A DNA stretch of 64,000 bases from Myxococcota bacterium (GTDB lineage Bacteria; Myxococcota_A; UBA796; UBA2385): contig JBIJDH010000001.1 of assembly GCA_044344255.1 (NCBI GenBank), positions 256,001 to 320,000 on the forward strand, written 5' to 3'. This document shows, piece by piece, positions 16,855-26,989 of this stretch. Position numbers and translations under genes: made by a program. Every line of letters starts with the position of its first letter. Positions within the stretch are counted from its first letter, which is position 1. The notes under the pieces are model-generated. The model made no database searches and was not told the DNA's origin. It was given only the letters and a program-made list of their open reading frames with translations.

Positions 16855-18936
16855 TTGCCCCTCCCGACCGACCTCAGCATCCCCCACGCCGATCAGGTGG
16901 CGATCGACGTAGATGGACGCGGTGAGGAGGAGGCCTGGGCCCACGCCCTCGCCCTCCCCGACTTCGTCGCCTGGGCGCCCGAGCCCGGCCGCGCGCCCGC
17001 CGTCCGCACCGAGCTTCGGCTCCTCTCGGACGATCAGCACCTGTACGCGCTGTTCATCGCGCACGATCCCCAGCCGCGGCGCATCCGGGTCGGCCTCGGT
17101 CGCCGAGACACCCGCGGCGCCGACGACCGGGTGGGCCTCTACATCGACCCCTCCGCCCGTGGAGAGCGCAGCTACGTCTTCGCCGCCAACGCCCTCGGCG
17201 TCCAGCGGGACGCCATCCGCACGAACACGACCGACTCCGACGACCACGCCTGGGACACCCACTGGCAGAGCGCCGGGCGCCGCACGGAGGAGGGTTATGT
17301 GGTCGAGATGGCGATCCCCTGGGCGGCGATGCGGCACCCCGCGCACGCCGGCCAGATCGGCCTCCTCGCGTACCGGGTCTTCCCCCGCGGGGGTGAATTC
17401 CAGGGTTGGCCCCTCACCGATCCGAACGCGCCTGGCTGGATCACCCAAGAGGCCCTCCTCGGCGGGCCGGGCGACCTCCCCCCCACCGAGACCGTCGCGC
17501 TGACGCCCGAGCTCACCTACGGCCGGGACCAGGACGGCCCCGCCGACGACCGGCTCGGCTGGGGCGGCCTCTCCCCGGGGCTCACCGCCCGCTGGTCCCC
17601 CACCGCGGCCGTGCAGGTGCTCGGCACCCTCAACCCCGACTTCTCCCAGGTGGAGTCCGACGCGACGCAGATCGGCGTAAATCGGCGTTACGCTTTATAC
17701 TATCCTGAAAAACGCCCCTTCTTCCTCGAGGGGCAGGAGTGGTTCGCCCACCCGGCGGGGCGGCTCGTCTATACCCGGTCGATGGTCGCCCCTCGATACG
17801 GCGCGCGGAGCACGGTCGAGGCCGGCCCTTGGAAGGTCGCGGCCCTGCACGTCATGGACGCCCACCCGGGAGGCACCGTCTCCGAGGGGGGCGGCTGGAC
17901 CGAGGACCAAGTGGGCGACGCCCTCGCCTGGGAGACGGTCGGCCGGATCCAGCGGCAGCTCGAGCGAGGCGGCCACCTCGGGCTGCTGTTCTCCGACCGT
18001 CAGCTCCCGCGCGCCGGTCTCTCGAACGAGGTCTTCGGGCTCGACACCCAGGCCCAGCTCGGCGACGCCGACTCGGTCGAGGCCGCCGCCACCTTCTCTC
18101 ACACCACCGCGGTGGACTCGGGGGCCGCACCGTCTCCGAACGCTTACGCCAGCTGGTCGCACAGCGGCCGCCACCTCACGCTCACGACCGCCACTCACTA
18201 CATCAGCCCCACCTTCCGGGCCGAGAACGGCTTCGTCCCGCTGGCGGACTCGATGGGCGGCGACCTCGATCTCAAGCTCTTCACCTACCCCGACCTCCGA
18301 GGGGTCCGAAAGCTGAGCGTCAACCCGATCACGAGCGCCGCGGCCTGGCGCACCGACACGAAGCTGAGGAGCTGGAGCTGGGCGCCGGCGACCACCCTGA
18401 CCTTCAGCAACGGCGGGCAGGTTTGGGGGGAGTGGCTGCTCGCAGGCGAGACCTTCGCCGATACTCCGCTCTCGTGGAGCCAGCCCTCCCTCGGCGCGCG
18501 GACCTCGATCACCCGCTTCGTGAACCTGATCGTCGAGGGCTACACGGGCACGGGCCCGGTCTACGATCCCACGGCGCCTGCCGTCGGCGAGATCGTGGGC
18601 GGCACCGGCACCCTCACCGTGCAGGCCGGCGCCCACGTGACCCTGAGCGGCTCCGCCAGCGCCGAGCGCCTCGCGCTCGACGGGGCGGCCCTCTACGAGG
18701 GGGTGATCCTCCGCACCCGCATCGACGCCTACGCGACGCCCGAGTGGTGGGCCCGCCTCATCCTCCAGCGCTCGACCTTCGATGAGGCCGAGAGCGCCGA
18801 GCTGCTGCTCGCCTGGGAGGAGGGGCCGGCGAGCGCCATCTGGCTCGGCGGGAACGTCGCGGACAACGGCGTCGACGAAGCCCTGCAGTGGGCCGTGTTG
18901 ACCAAAGCGAGCTGGACCTTCGGAGCGCACCTGTGA
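16855..18936 (+). CDS. CBM9-like/DUF5916 outer-membrane protein
   Basis: YVVEMAIPW, NPDFSQVESD and YPEKRPFFLEG motifs; beta-strand-rich C-terminus. No signal peptide visible; start uncertain. Confidence 0.75.
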   Translation: MPLPTDLSIPHADQVAIDVDGRGEEEAWAHALALPDFVAWAPEPGRAPAVRTELRLLSDDQHLYALFIAHDPQPRRIRVGLGRRDTRGADDRVGLYIDPSARGERSYVFAANALGVQRDAIRTNTTDSDDHAWDTHWQSAGRRTEEGYVVEMAIPWAAMRHPAHAGQIGLLAYRVFPRGGEFQGWPLTDPNAPGWITQEALLGGPGDLPPTETVALTPELTYGRDQDGPADDRLGWGGLSPGLTARWSPTAAVQVLGTLNPDFSQVESDATQIGVNRRYALYYPEKRPFFLEGQEWFAHPAGRLVYTRSMVAPRYGARSTVEAGPWKVAALHVMDAHPGGTVSEGGGWTEDQVGDALAWETVGRIQRQLERGGHLGLLFSDRQLPRAGLSNEVFGLDTQAQLGDADSVEAAATFSHTTAVDSGAAPSPNAYASWSHSGRHLTLTTATHYISPTFRAENGFVPLADSMGGDLDLKLFTYPDLRGVRKLSVNPITSAAAWRTDTKLRSWSWAPATTLTFSNGGQVWGEWLLAGETFADTPLSWSQPSLGARTSITRFVNLIVEGYTGTGPVYDPTAPAVGEIVGGTGTLTVQAGAHVTLSGSASAERLALDGAALYEGVILRTRIDAYATPEWWARLILQRSTFDEAESAELLLAWEEGPASAIWLGGNVADNGVDEALQWAVLTKASWTFGAHL

Positions 18937-20024
18937 CCGCCAAGAGCCTGATCGAGGCCTACCTCCCCCGCTGCCCGCCGCGCCTTCGCCTCGCGGCCCT
19001 CCCCACGCCCGTCGAGCGCCACCCGGGCTTCGACGTCGGCGGCGCCGAGGTGTGGGTGAAGCGGGACGACCAGTCGAGCGCGGTCTACGCCGGGAGCAAG
19101 GTCCGCAAGCTCGAGTGGGCCCTGGCCGAGCTCCCCGACGACCGCCCCGTGCTCAGCCTCGGCGGCGTGGGCAGCCACCACCTCCTCGCCCTCGCGCTCT
19201 TCACCCGGTCGCTCGGGCGGCCGCCCCTGCACGCGATCTGCTTCGCCCAGCCGATCACGCCGCACGTGCAGCAGACCCTCGGCGCCCTGGTGTCCACCGG
19301 GGCCCGGCTCTGGTACGCCCCCGCCCGGCCGCTGCTCCCCTGGGCCTTCCTCTCGTACGGGCTCTGGGATCGGCCCCCCACGCGCGGCCGCTGGATGGCC
19401 GCCGGCGCCAGCACCCCCGCGGGCTGCCTCGGCATGGTGGAGGGCGGCCTCGAGCTGGCGGCCCAGATCGCCGCTGGCGAGCTCCCCGCACCCAAGCACA
19501 TCTTCGTCGCCGCCGGCACCACTGGGAACGCCGTCGGCCTCACCCTCGGCCTCGCCCTCGCCGGGGTGCCCGCGACCATCCACCTCATCTCGACGGTGGA
19601 GGGCCTGCTCTTGAACGGCGCCACCGTCGGCAACCTGATGCGCGGGGTGGTGGGCAAGATGGAGGCGCAGGGCTGGACGGGCCGCGGCGGCAAGTCCATC
19701 AAGGCTTGGCTCCAGAGTCGCGGTGTAACATACAGAATCGACCACACGCAGGTGGGTGACGGCTACGGCCACCCCACCCCGGAGGCCTCCGCGGTCGTTC
19801 GGGAGGCCCGCGAGATGGGGATCCAGCTCGAGACCACCTACACGGGCAAGTGCCTGTCCGGGATGCGCGCCACCCTGGCCGAGCAGCACATCGAGGGCCC
19901 GGTGCTGTTCTGGAACACCCACGCCGGCACGGACGTCGGCCAATACGTGGTGCCCGGCTGGGAGGAGCGCCTGCCTCGCGCGGTGCGGGCCCTGCTCCCC
20001 ACCCCCGCCCTGACCGGCGGCTGA
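18933..20024 (+). CDS. PLP-dependent D-cysteine desulfhydrase/ACC deaminase family
   Basis: PTPV, WVKRDD, GSKVRKLE, LETTYTGK and LFWNT motifs; GTGA overlap with the upstream gene. Confidence 0.85.
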   Translation: MTAKSLIEAYLPRCPPRLRLAALPTPVERHPGFDVGGAEVWVKRDDQSSAVYAGSKVRKLEWALAELPDDRPVLSLGGVGSHHLLALALFTRSLGRPPLHAICFAQPITPHVQQTLGALVSTGARLWYAPARPLLPWAFLSYGLWDRPPTRGRWMAAGASTPAGCLGMVEGGLELAAQIAAGELPAPKHIFVAAGTTGNAVGLTLGLALAGVPATIHLISTVEGLLLNGATVGNLMRGVVGKMEAQGWTGRGGKSIKAWLQSRGVTYRIDHTQVGDGYGHPTPEASAVVREAREMGIQLETTYTGKCLSGMRATLAEQHIEGPVLFWNTHAGTDVGQYVVPGWEERLPRAVRALLPTPALTGG

Positions 20025-20027
20025 GCC

Positions 20028-20807
20028 TCAGCCGAGGACGAAGGGCGAGACAGGCTCGAAGAGGCCCAGGACCACGAGGGCCGCGACCTCGCCGATGACG
20101 GCGGTCGCGCCGATGAGATCACCCGTGGTCCCGCCCAGGCGCCGCTGGACGTGGCGGCTGAAGAGCGCCGCGACACCCAGGGCGGCGCCGAGGCCCAGCG
20201 CGCCGCCCGCCCCGCCGAGGCCCCCACAGACGAGGGCGGCGAGGGAGAGCCCCGGGAGGAGCTGGCGGGTGCCCGTGTCGCGAACGAGGCAGCTCGCGAG
20301 GCTCGGGTCATCCGCGCGGGCCGGCCCGAGGCGGGCGAGGCTCCAGAGCGCCGCCGCGCGGGAGGCGCAGAGGGCGAGCACCAGCACCATCGGCCAGCGC
20401 GCGACCGGGATCGAGAGCAGGGCCCCCGCGCGCAGGGCGACCGACAGCGTGATGGCGAGGCCGCCATAGCTGCCGATGCGGCTGTCCCGCATGATCAGCA
20501 GCACCTTCTCGGGGGTGGAGCCGCCGCCGAGCCCGTCCGCGGCGTCGGCGAGGCCATCCTCGTGCAGGGCGCCCGTGAGGAGCGCGCTGGCGGTGAGCAG
20601 GAGCGCCACGAGCAGGGGAGGGCCGAGCCCGAGGCGCTCCCCACCGTACGCGAGGAGGCCGAGCAGGCCGCCGAGCAGCGCCCCCACGAGGGGGTAGAAG
20701 GTGGCCGACCGGACGAGCTCACCCGCCGAGACCGTGGCGTAGGTGGGGGTCGGCAGCCGGCTCAGGAGCTGAACGGCGAGGAAGAAGCCCTTGAGCAGCC
20801 CCTTCAC
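20028..20807 (-). CDS. cobS: adenosylcobinamide-GDP ribazoletransferase
   Basis: TGALHEDGLAD, IMRDSRIGSYG and GGTTGDLIGA motifs. Confidence 0.95.
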   Translation of the reverse strand: MKGLLKGFFLAVQLLSRLPTPTYATVSAGELVRSATFYPLVGALLGGLLGLLAYGGERLGLGPPLLVALLLTASALLTGALHEDGLADAADGLGGGSTPEKVLLIMRDSRIGSYGGLAITLSVALRAGALLSIPVARWPMVLVLALCASRAAALWSLARLGPARADDPSLASCLVRDTGTRQLLPGLSLAALVCGGLGGAGGALGLGAALGVAALFSRHVQRRLGGTTGDLIGATAVIGEVAALVVLGLFEPVSPFVLG

Positions 20808-21850
20808 GCGAGCGCGCCGGACAGCACCGCCTCGAGGGTGGCCATCTCGGTGAGGAGCCGGCAGGCCGAGCGGGCCATCGGCAGGGCGAGGGTGGCGGCG
20901 CTGGCCTCCCCGAGGCGGAGGCCGAGGTCGAGCAGCGGAGGGCCGAGGTCGAGGGCCTCGAGCACGAGGCGGTGGCCCGGCTCGGGGGAGCGGGTGGCCG
21001 GGATGAGGACGCGGCGGACGTCGGGGTGCAAGCGGACCGCGGCCAGGGCCGACGCGCCGACGATGAAGCCGTCGAGCAGCACGGGCAGATCGAGCCGGGC
21101 GGCCTCGATCATGCAGCCGGCGAGCGCGGCGAGCTCGAGGCCCCCGAGGTCCGCGAGGGCGCCCGCCCCGTCGGCGGCGCCGCCCCGCGCGAGGGCGCGC
21201 TCCACCACCTGCCGCTTTCGTTCGACGCCGGCCGGATCGAGGCCCGTGCCGGGGCCCACCACCTCCGCCGCCGACCGCCCGAGGAGCCGCGCGGTCAGGG
21301 CCGCGGCGGCGGTGGTGTTGCCGATGCCCATCTCGCCCAAGGCGAGGAGCTGGACGCCGTCTGCGTGGGCCCGCTGGGCGGCGGCGGCCCCCACCGCCAT
21401 CGCCTGGGCGCAGCGCTCCGGGCTCATCGCCGACCCCACGGCGAGGTTGGCGGTGCCCGCGGCCACGGCGGCCCGCACCACGCGGACCCCTCCCCGCCCC
21501 TCGACCGGGCCGAGGCCCACGACGCCCACGTCTACCACCTCGAGCTCGGCCCCCGCGCTGCGCGCGAGCACGGCCACCGCCGCCTGCCCCGCGGCGAAGG
21601 TGTGCACCATCGCGACGGTCACCTCGGGGGGGTAGGGCGTGACGGCCTCGGCGCGGGCGACGCCGTGGTCGGCCGCGAAGACGATGACCCGCGCTCGCTC
21701 CGCGGAGGGCGGGTAACGCCGCTGGGCCCCCGCGAGGCGGACGGCCAGCCCCTCGAGGCCGCCGAGGCTGCCCGGGGGCTTGGCGAGGGCGTCGAGGCGC
21801 TGCGCGGCCGCGGCCTCCGGCGTCAGATCGGCGGGATGCGCGGGCATCAT
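20804..21850 (-). CDS. cobT: nicotinate-nucleotide:DMB phosphoribosyltransferase
   Basis: KPPGSLG, FAADHGV, GEMGIGNTT and LRLGEASAA motifs. Confidence 0.95.
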   Translation of the reverse strand: MMPAHPADLTPEAAAAQRLDALAKPPGSLGGLEGLAVRLAGAQRRYPPSAERARVIVFAADHGVARAEAVTPYPPEVTVAMVHTFAAGQAAVAVLARSAGAELEVVDVGVVGLGPVEGRGGVRVVRAAVAAGTANLAVGSAMSPERCAQAMAVGAAAAQRAHADGVQLLALGEMGIGNTTAAAALTARLLGRSAAEVVGPGTGLDPAGVERKRQVVERALARGGAADGAGALADLGGLELAALAGCMIEAARLDLPVLLDGFIVGASALAAVRLHPDVRRVLIPATRSPEPGHRLVLEALDLGPPLLDLGLRLGEASAATLALPMARSACRLLTEMATLEAVLSGALA

Positions 21851-21875
21851 CAGGGGTACCTCACTCCAGGACGAG

Positions 21876-22415
21876 TCACTTGATGACGAGCGGGAGGCCG
21901 GCGACGCAGAGCACCACGCCCTCGCAGCGGGCGGCGAGGCGCTGGGCGAGCCAGCCGGCGTTGTCGCGGAAGCGCCTGGCCAGGGCGTTGTCGGGGACGA
22001 TGCCGAGCCCGACCTCGTTGGTGACGAGGATGACCGGGCTCGGGCTCTCCGCCACAGCGAGGGTGAGCTCCTCGAAGAGGGGCTGGAGGTCGGCCTCCTC
22101 ACCGTGGTGGAAGAGCAGGTTCGACACCCAGAGGGTGAGGCAGTCAATCAGCACCGGCCGCCCCGCCGCCCGCCCGCTGCGGAGGTAGGCCGCCAGCGCG
22201 AGGGGCTCCTCGACCGTCTCCCAGCCCGGCCCGCGATCGGCCTGGTGCCGGCGGATGCGGTCGGCCATCTCGTCGTCGAAGGCCTCGCCGGTCGCGAGGT
22301 AGACGCGCTCGGGCCCCCAGGCCTCGGCCATCGCCTGCGCATGGCGGCTCTTCCCGCTCCGGGCGCCGCCGGTGACGAGCGAGGTCCGCCTCAAGTGCCC
22401 TCCTGCCCCGTTCAT
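21876..22415 (-). CDS. cobU: bifunctional adenosylcobinamide kinase/guanylyltransferase
   Basis: TGGARSGKS, DCLTLW and VTNEVGLGIVP motifs; RBS GGAGGAG. Confidence 0.95.
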   Translation of the reverse strand: MNGAGGHLRRTSLVTGGARSGKSRHAQAMAEAWGPERVYLATGEAFDDEMADRIRRHQADRGPGWETVEEPLALAAYLRSGRAAGRPVLIDCLTLWVSNLLFHHGEEADLQPLFEELTLAVAESPSPVILVTNEVGLGIVPDNALARRFRDNAGWLAQRLAARCEGVVLCVAGLPLVIK

Positions 22416-22477
22416 CGGTGGCTCCTCCCGCGCCGGCCCGGTAACCTGGATGCGCCCCTTGTCCGCCGGAGCCGACC

Positions 22478-24211
22478 ATGCGATCCCCCGCCACCCCTCT
22501 CCCGCTGGCCGGGCTGCTCGGCGGGCTGGCCTCCGCGCTCCTCGTCGCCTGCGCCGCCGGCCAGGTCCCCAAGCCGGGCGCGGGCGCGGAGACCGGCACC
22601 CCGAGCGGGGGCGACGGCGCAGACGGCGCAGACGGCACGGACGGCACGGACGGCACGGACGGCGGCATCGACAGCGGCCCCACGGCGCTGGGCGAGGCGC
22701 CCAAGCCCCCCGACGACGCCTGCAGCAGCCTCTACGACCCCGACTTCGTGCCCGCCTTCGAGATCGACATCGAGCCCGCGGACTGGGCGGCCCTCGAAGA
22801 CGACTACGCCGTCGGCCGCAAGTCCTACCACCCCGTCGTGTTCCGCTACGACGGCGAGGAGGTCACCGACGCGATGATCCGCCTCAAGGGGAACCCGAGC
22901 TTCTCCTGGTTCACCGAGAAGATGCAGTTCGTCATCGCCTTCAACGAGGTCGATCCGGACGGCCGCTTCCACGGGCTCCGCAAGCTCTCCCTCGACGCCA
23001 CCTGGTACGAGCCCACGATGCTGCGTGACCGCATCGGCTGGCAGATCATCCGCGACCAGGGGCAGCTCCCCGGGGCCTGCGCCAACAGCGCCACGCTGAC
23101 CGTCAACGGCGAGTACTACGGTCTGTTCACGAACATCGAGTACTACGACCACGAGTGGCTGGAGCGCAGCTTCGGCGACGCCGACGCCACCGGCACCCTC
23201 TGGAAGTACGGCAGCGACCCCGTCGCCAACGCCGAGGCCAGCACGGGCGAGGCGATCTGGGCCCTCGGCAGCACCACCGACCCCGACGAGCTCGCCGCCT
23301 TGGGCGACGTCGACGAGTGGATGCTCGAGTGGGCGGCCGAGGTCGTGCTCGGCGACGACGACGGCTACTGGTGCTGCGACCACAACTACTACCTCTACGA
23401 GCACCCGAGCCGCGGGATCCTCTTCATCCCTTGGGACCTCGACGACGCCTACGACGTGCAGGGCTACGATGTAGACCCCATCAACGGCTACGCCACGAGC
23501 TGGCTCTTCCGGCAGCCGCAGTTCCACGCCATCGTCAACGATCCCACCTATGGGCCGCGCTTCGTCGACCAGGTCGAGTTGATGAACAACGCGATGGACC
23601 CCGCCACCACCCTCGCCCGGCTCGACGCATGGCAGGCGCAGATCGACCCCCTGCTCGAGGCCGACCCCCACCGCAGCATCGGCTGGGAGGAGCATGAGCA
23701 GGCGATGCCCCGCATGGCGGACTGGGTGGTGGCCCGGCACGCGTTCCTGGAGAGCTGGGTGGCCTGCCAGCGCGGCGCCACCACCGACGCCGACGGGGAC
23801 GGGCACGCCGTCTGCGCCGACCGCGACGACGGCGACAACACCATCCACCCCGGCGCCGCCGAGACCTGCGACGGCCGCGACGACGACCAGGACGGCGTGG
23901 TCGACGACGACCCCGCCTGTGACGACTGCGCCCGCCACGACGCCGACGACAGCCACTTCCTCTTCTGCCGCAGCCCCCGCACCCAAGCCGAGGCCGCCGC
24001 CCTCTGCGCAGACCGCGGCGGGGCCCTCGGCGGCCCACTGACCGGCGGCGAGACCACGATGTTCTACTTCTACACCTGGCCGGTGACCGAGCACTGGTGG
24101 ACGGGCGGCGCCGTCGGCGGCGGCAAGTGCGCCACCTGGGACGAGGCGAGCTTCTCCTCGGGCGCGGCGCCCTGCGGAGACGAGCACCCGAGCGTCTGTC
24201 GCCTACCCTGA
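22478..24211 (+). CDS. CotH kinase family lipoprotein with metal-binding motif and C-terminal C-type-lectin-like domain
   Basis: LLVAC lipobox; IRLKGN, YYGLFTNIE, HNYYLY and IPWDLD motifs; DADGDG..HPGAAETCDG motif; FLFC...A..LC...L...WW.G...C...VC tail. Confidence 0.85.
   Translation: MRSPATPLPLAGLLGGLASALLVACAAGQVPKPGAGAETGTPSGGDGADGADGTDGTDGTDGGIDSGPTALGEAPKPPDDACSSLYDPDFVPAFEIDIEPADWAALEDDYAVGRKSYHPVVFRYDGEEVTDAMIRLKGNPSFSWFTEKMQFVIAFNEVDPDGRFHGLRKLSLDATWYEPTMLRDRIGWQIIRDQGQLPGACANSATLTVNGEYYGLFTNIEYYDHEWLERSFGDADATGTLWKYGSDPVANAEASTGEAIWALGSTTDPDELAALGDVDEWMLEWAAEVVLGDDDGYWCCDHNYYLYEHPSRGILFIPWDLDDAYDVQGYDVDPINGYATSWLFRQPQFHAIVNDPTYGPRFVDQVELMNNAMDPATTLARLDAWQAQIDPLLEADPHRSIGWEEHEQAMPRMADWVVARHAFLESWVACQRGATTDADGDGHAVCADRDDGDNTIHPGAAETCDGRDDDQDGVVDDDPACDDCARHDADDSHFLFCRSPRTQAEAAALCADRGGALGGPLTGGETTMFYFYTWPVTEHWWTGGAVGGGKCATWDEASFSSGAAPCGDEHPSVCRLP
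22613..22663 (+). repeat. 9-bp coding microsatellite (GAD/GTD linker)
   Basis: GACGGCGCA x2 followed by GACGGCACG x3. Confidence 0.8.
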
Positions 24212-25885
24212 GCCAGCGGCGCCCAGCACGTAGACCACCACGAGCTCGTCCTCGGCGACGGGGGCGCCGAGGGCGGCCCACAGCGAGGCGCCGCCGCTCC
24301 AGCGCAGGCGGGCCTTGTAGACGACGAGGCCACGGTAGCCGAGGGCGGCCATCGCGCGGGCGTCGGCGCGCACCCTTTCGAGCGCTGCCTCGTCCTCGCC
24401 CGCCCCCTCGGCCGCCCCCTCGGCCGCCCGCCGGAGCCCGCGCAGGGCGGGGTGGACCGTCGCGGGCTTGGGCTCGTTGTTGAGGGTGGCGTTGGTGGGC
24501 TGGCCGTGCAGCACCTGGAGGAGGAGGTTCTGGTCGGCCGGCTCGCCGGGCCGGTGCAGGGGGTGGATGGGCGGCAGCTCGGCGAAGGGGCCCTCAAGGC
24601 CAATGAGGACGCTCCCCTCGGGGAGGGGGTAGGTCGGCATCCGCCCGGGGAGCGGGGCGCCGAAGCGGGCGTCGAGCAGCAGGAGGCCGAGGGCGAGGCC
24701 CGCCCAGCCGGGGCGCAGGCGCGAGACCGCGGCGGCCGCAGGCGGGATGAGGAGCAGCACCGCCACGGCGCCGGCGCGGTACCAGCGGGTGAGCGGGGCG
24801 AAGACCGGGAGCCGCTCGAGCAGCCCGGCGGGCCCGAGCAGCGTCCACCCCTCGCCGCCGAGCGCCCGCCCCTCGAAGGTGAGGAAGGGGCCGAGGGCGA
24901 GGGCGGCGAAGGCGGCGGCGCCGATCAGCCATGGGCGGCGCCCCCGCGCGCCGAGGAGCGCGAGCAGCACGAGGCCGAGGCCCAGGTAGGCGGTGGTGGC
25001 GGCCTCGGCGACGTGGCCGGTGAGCGGCGCCGGCACGAGCAGGTCGAGCAGATCCGCCCCCTCCCGCCAGGCACCCCGCCAGAGCGGCGTGGGCATCGGC
25101 ATCTCCGGGGCGAGGCGACCCACCGTGCCCGGCGCGGCGCCGCTCCGGGAGAGGGCCGCGGAGGCCGCAGGCAGGGAGGCGAGCACGGCCAGGGCCGCCG
25201 GCAGCAGGTGGGCGCGGGTCCGCCCGAGCAGCCAGATGCCCACGGGGAGGTCGATGAGCGCGGTCCAGACCGCGTTGTAGGGCCCGCTGTAGACGGCGGC
25301 GACGAGGCAGCCGCCGAGCGCGAGGAGGCGGGCCGCGCTCACCCGCTCGGCCAGGGAGAGCAGGAGCGCGAGCTGGAGCCCGACCCAGCCGACCCCGAGG
25401 CCCTCGGTGATGCCATCGACGCCGATCGCCAGCAGGCCCGGCACGCTGCAGCCGACGACGACGCCCAAGAGCGCGGCGGCGAGCCCCGGAGCCGCCCGCC
25501 GCGCGAGGCAGAGGCCGGCGAGGCCGCTCACCCAGAGCCCGGTCAAGAGCACGAGGTTGAAGCCCATCGCCGGCCCCCCGAGGGCGGCGCCGAGGGCATA
25601 GGGCAGGAGGTGGAGCGGGTCGATGAGGGCGGCGTCCACCCCCTCGGGCCCGGCGAGCAGGGCCGTGTGCATCGCGAGGGGGTGGCCCTCCCGCAGCGCC
25701 GCCCACCAGCCCCAGAGGTGCGAGACCCCCTCGGCCTGGGGTGAGGTGGTGAGCGCGGTCGTGGCCTGTAGGGGGAGCGGCCAGAGCAGGAGGGGCGGCA
25801 GCAGGAGGAGGAGCAGCCCCGGCGCCAGGGCGCGGCCCCAGGCGAAGCCACCGTGGCCGAGGGGGGGCGCGGCGGCGGGCTCCAT
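24203..25885 (-). CDS. polytopic membrane protein, possible GT-C glycosyltransferase
   Basis: Many TM segments; HLWGWW, GFNL and ADLLDL motifs typical of uncharacterised myxobacterial membrane proteins. Confidence 0.6.
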   Translation of the reverse strand: MEPAAAPPLGHGGFAWGRALAPGLLLLLLPPLLLWPLPLQATTALTTSPQAEGVSHLWGWWAALREGHPLAMHTALLAGPEGVDAALIDPLHLLPYALGAALGGPAMGFNLVLLTGLWVSGLAGLCLARRAAPGLAAALLGVVVGCSVPGLLAIGVDGITEGLGVGWVGLQLALLLSLAERVSAARLLALGGCLVAAVYSGPYNAVWTALIDLPVGIWLLGRTRAHLLPAALAVLASLPAASAALSRSGAAPGTVGRLAPEMPMPTPLWRGAWREGADLLDLLVPAPLTGHVAEAATTAYLGLGLVLLALLGARGRRPWLIGAAAFAALALGPFLTFEGRALGGEGWTLLGPAGLLERLPVFAPLTRWYRAGAVAVLLLIPPAAAAVSRLRPGWAGLALGLLLLDARFGAPLPGRMPTYPLPEGSVLIGLEGPFAELPPIHPLHRPGEPADQNLLLQVLHGQPTNATLNNEPKPATVHPALRGLRRAAEGAAEGAGEDEAALERVRADARAMAALGYRGLVVYKARLRWSGGASLWAALGAPVAEDELVVVYVLGAAGSG

Positions 25886-26877
25886 CAGGCCTCCGGCTGC
25901 GCGACCACGAGGCTCCACCAGCCGGGCGCGGTGAAGCGCACCGAGGCCGCCTCGGCCCCCGGCGTGAGCGCGGCGATGAGCTCGACCTCCTCCAAGACGA
26001 AGGACTTGCGGATGCTGACGAGGGTGTCGTGCATGCCCGGCCGCCCGCCCCCGAGCAGGGCGAAGATCGCCACGCCGACCGGCGCCGACGAGGCCGCCCG
26101 GTAGGGGTCGAGCAAGACGACCGCCCGGCGCGCCGCCGGGATCGCCCGGGCGAGCAGCACCGCGGTGTCTCCCGGCCCGAAGTGATGGAGCGCGTTCGAG
26201 CAGGTGATGATGTCCCACTCGCCGACGGGCAGGGGGCTCCCGAGCGCGTCGAGCAGCCGGTTCTCGAGGACCACCCCCGCCGCCGCCGCCCGCCGCGCGG
26301 TCAGCGGCAGGTAGTCGGGGTTGATGTCGGAGGCCGTGACCTCGAGGGCCTCCCCGCGGGCGGCCGAGATCTGGGCGATGGCGACGGGGAAGGCCCCATG
26401 CCCGCTCGCGATGTCGAGCAGGCGGGTGGGCCGGGCGCCCAGGCCTGCCGGGTAGAGGAAGGGCCCGAGCAGGTCGTAGGCCCGCTCGAAGGTGCCGATC
26501 CAGCCGTGGGTGCGCTCGAGGGTCTCGAGGATGCCCGACCGGACCGCCTCGGGGACGTCGTCGCGGTCCATCAGCTCGACCCGCTCGGTGGGCATCACCC
26601 CGTCGAGGCGCGCGAGGCCCCGCCGCAGGCGACCCTGTCCGAGGGCGCGGACGAGCACCCGATGGCGCGCGACCGCCTCGGTGACGGTGCCGCGGAGGAG
26701 GGCGGTCCAGCCAGGGTCTCCCGCGGCGTGGCGGGCCTTGATCTCGGCGGCCTCCGCCCGGAGCTCGGCCAAGACCTGATCCCGGGCCGCCGCGCGGGCG
26801 GGGCCGAGGAGCTGGGCGCCCGGCGGGAGGGGCAGGCCCGCGGCCCAGTCGAGGAGGGTCCGATGGACGACGTTCAT
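25885..26877 (-). CDS. class I SAM-dependent methyltransferase
   Basis: LLDIASGHG and WDIITCSNALHHF motifs. Confidence 0.85.
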   Translation of the reverse strand: MNVVHRTLLDWAAGLPLPPGAQLLGPARAAARDQVLAELRAEAAEIKARHAAGDPGWTALLRGTVTEAVARHRVLVRALGQGRLRRGLARLDGVMPTERVELMDRDDVPEAVRSGILETLERTHGWIGTFERAYDLLGPFLYPAGLGARPTRLLDIASGHGAFPVAIAQISAARGEALEVTASDINPDYLPLTARRAAAAGVVLENRLLDALGSPLPVGEWDIITCSNALHHFGPGDTAVLLARAIPAARRAVVLLDPYRAASSAPVGVAIFALLGGGRPGMHDTLVSIRKSFVLEEVELIAALTPGAEAASVRFTAPGWWSLVVAQPEA

Positions 26878-26989
26878 CTGGCTGCCTACCCCAGCGGCGC
26901 CCCCGCGGCGCCCCCGCAGCGACCCGGGCGAGAGGCGATCTCCCCCCGCGTCCGCCCCGCCACCGCCGGGCTCACGGCATCGCCTACCT

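Noticed and set aside
22416..22477. Cobalamin riboswitch upstream of cobU-cobT-cobS
   Set aside because: The intergenic gap is only ~60 bp and no B12-box is recognisable.
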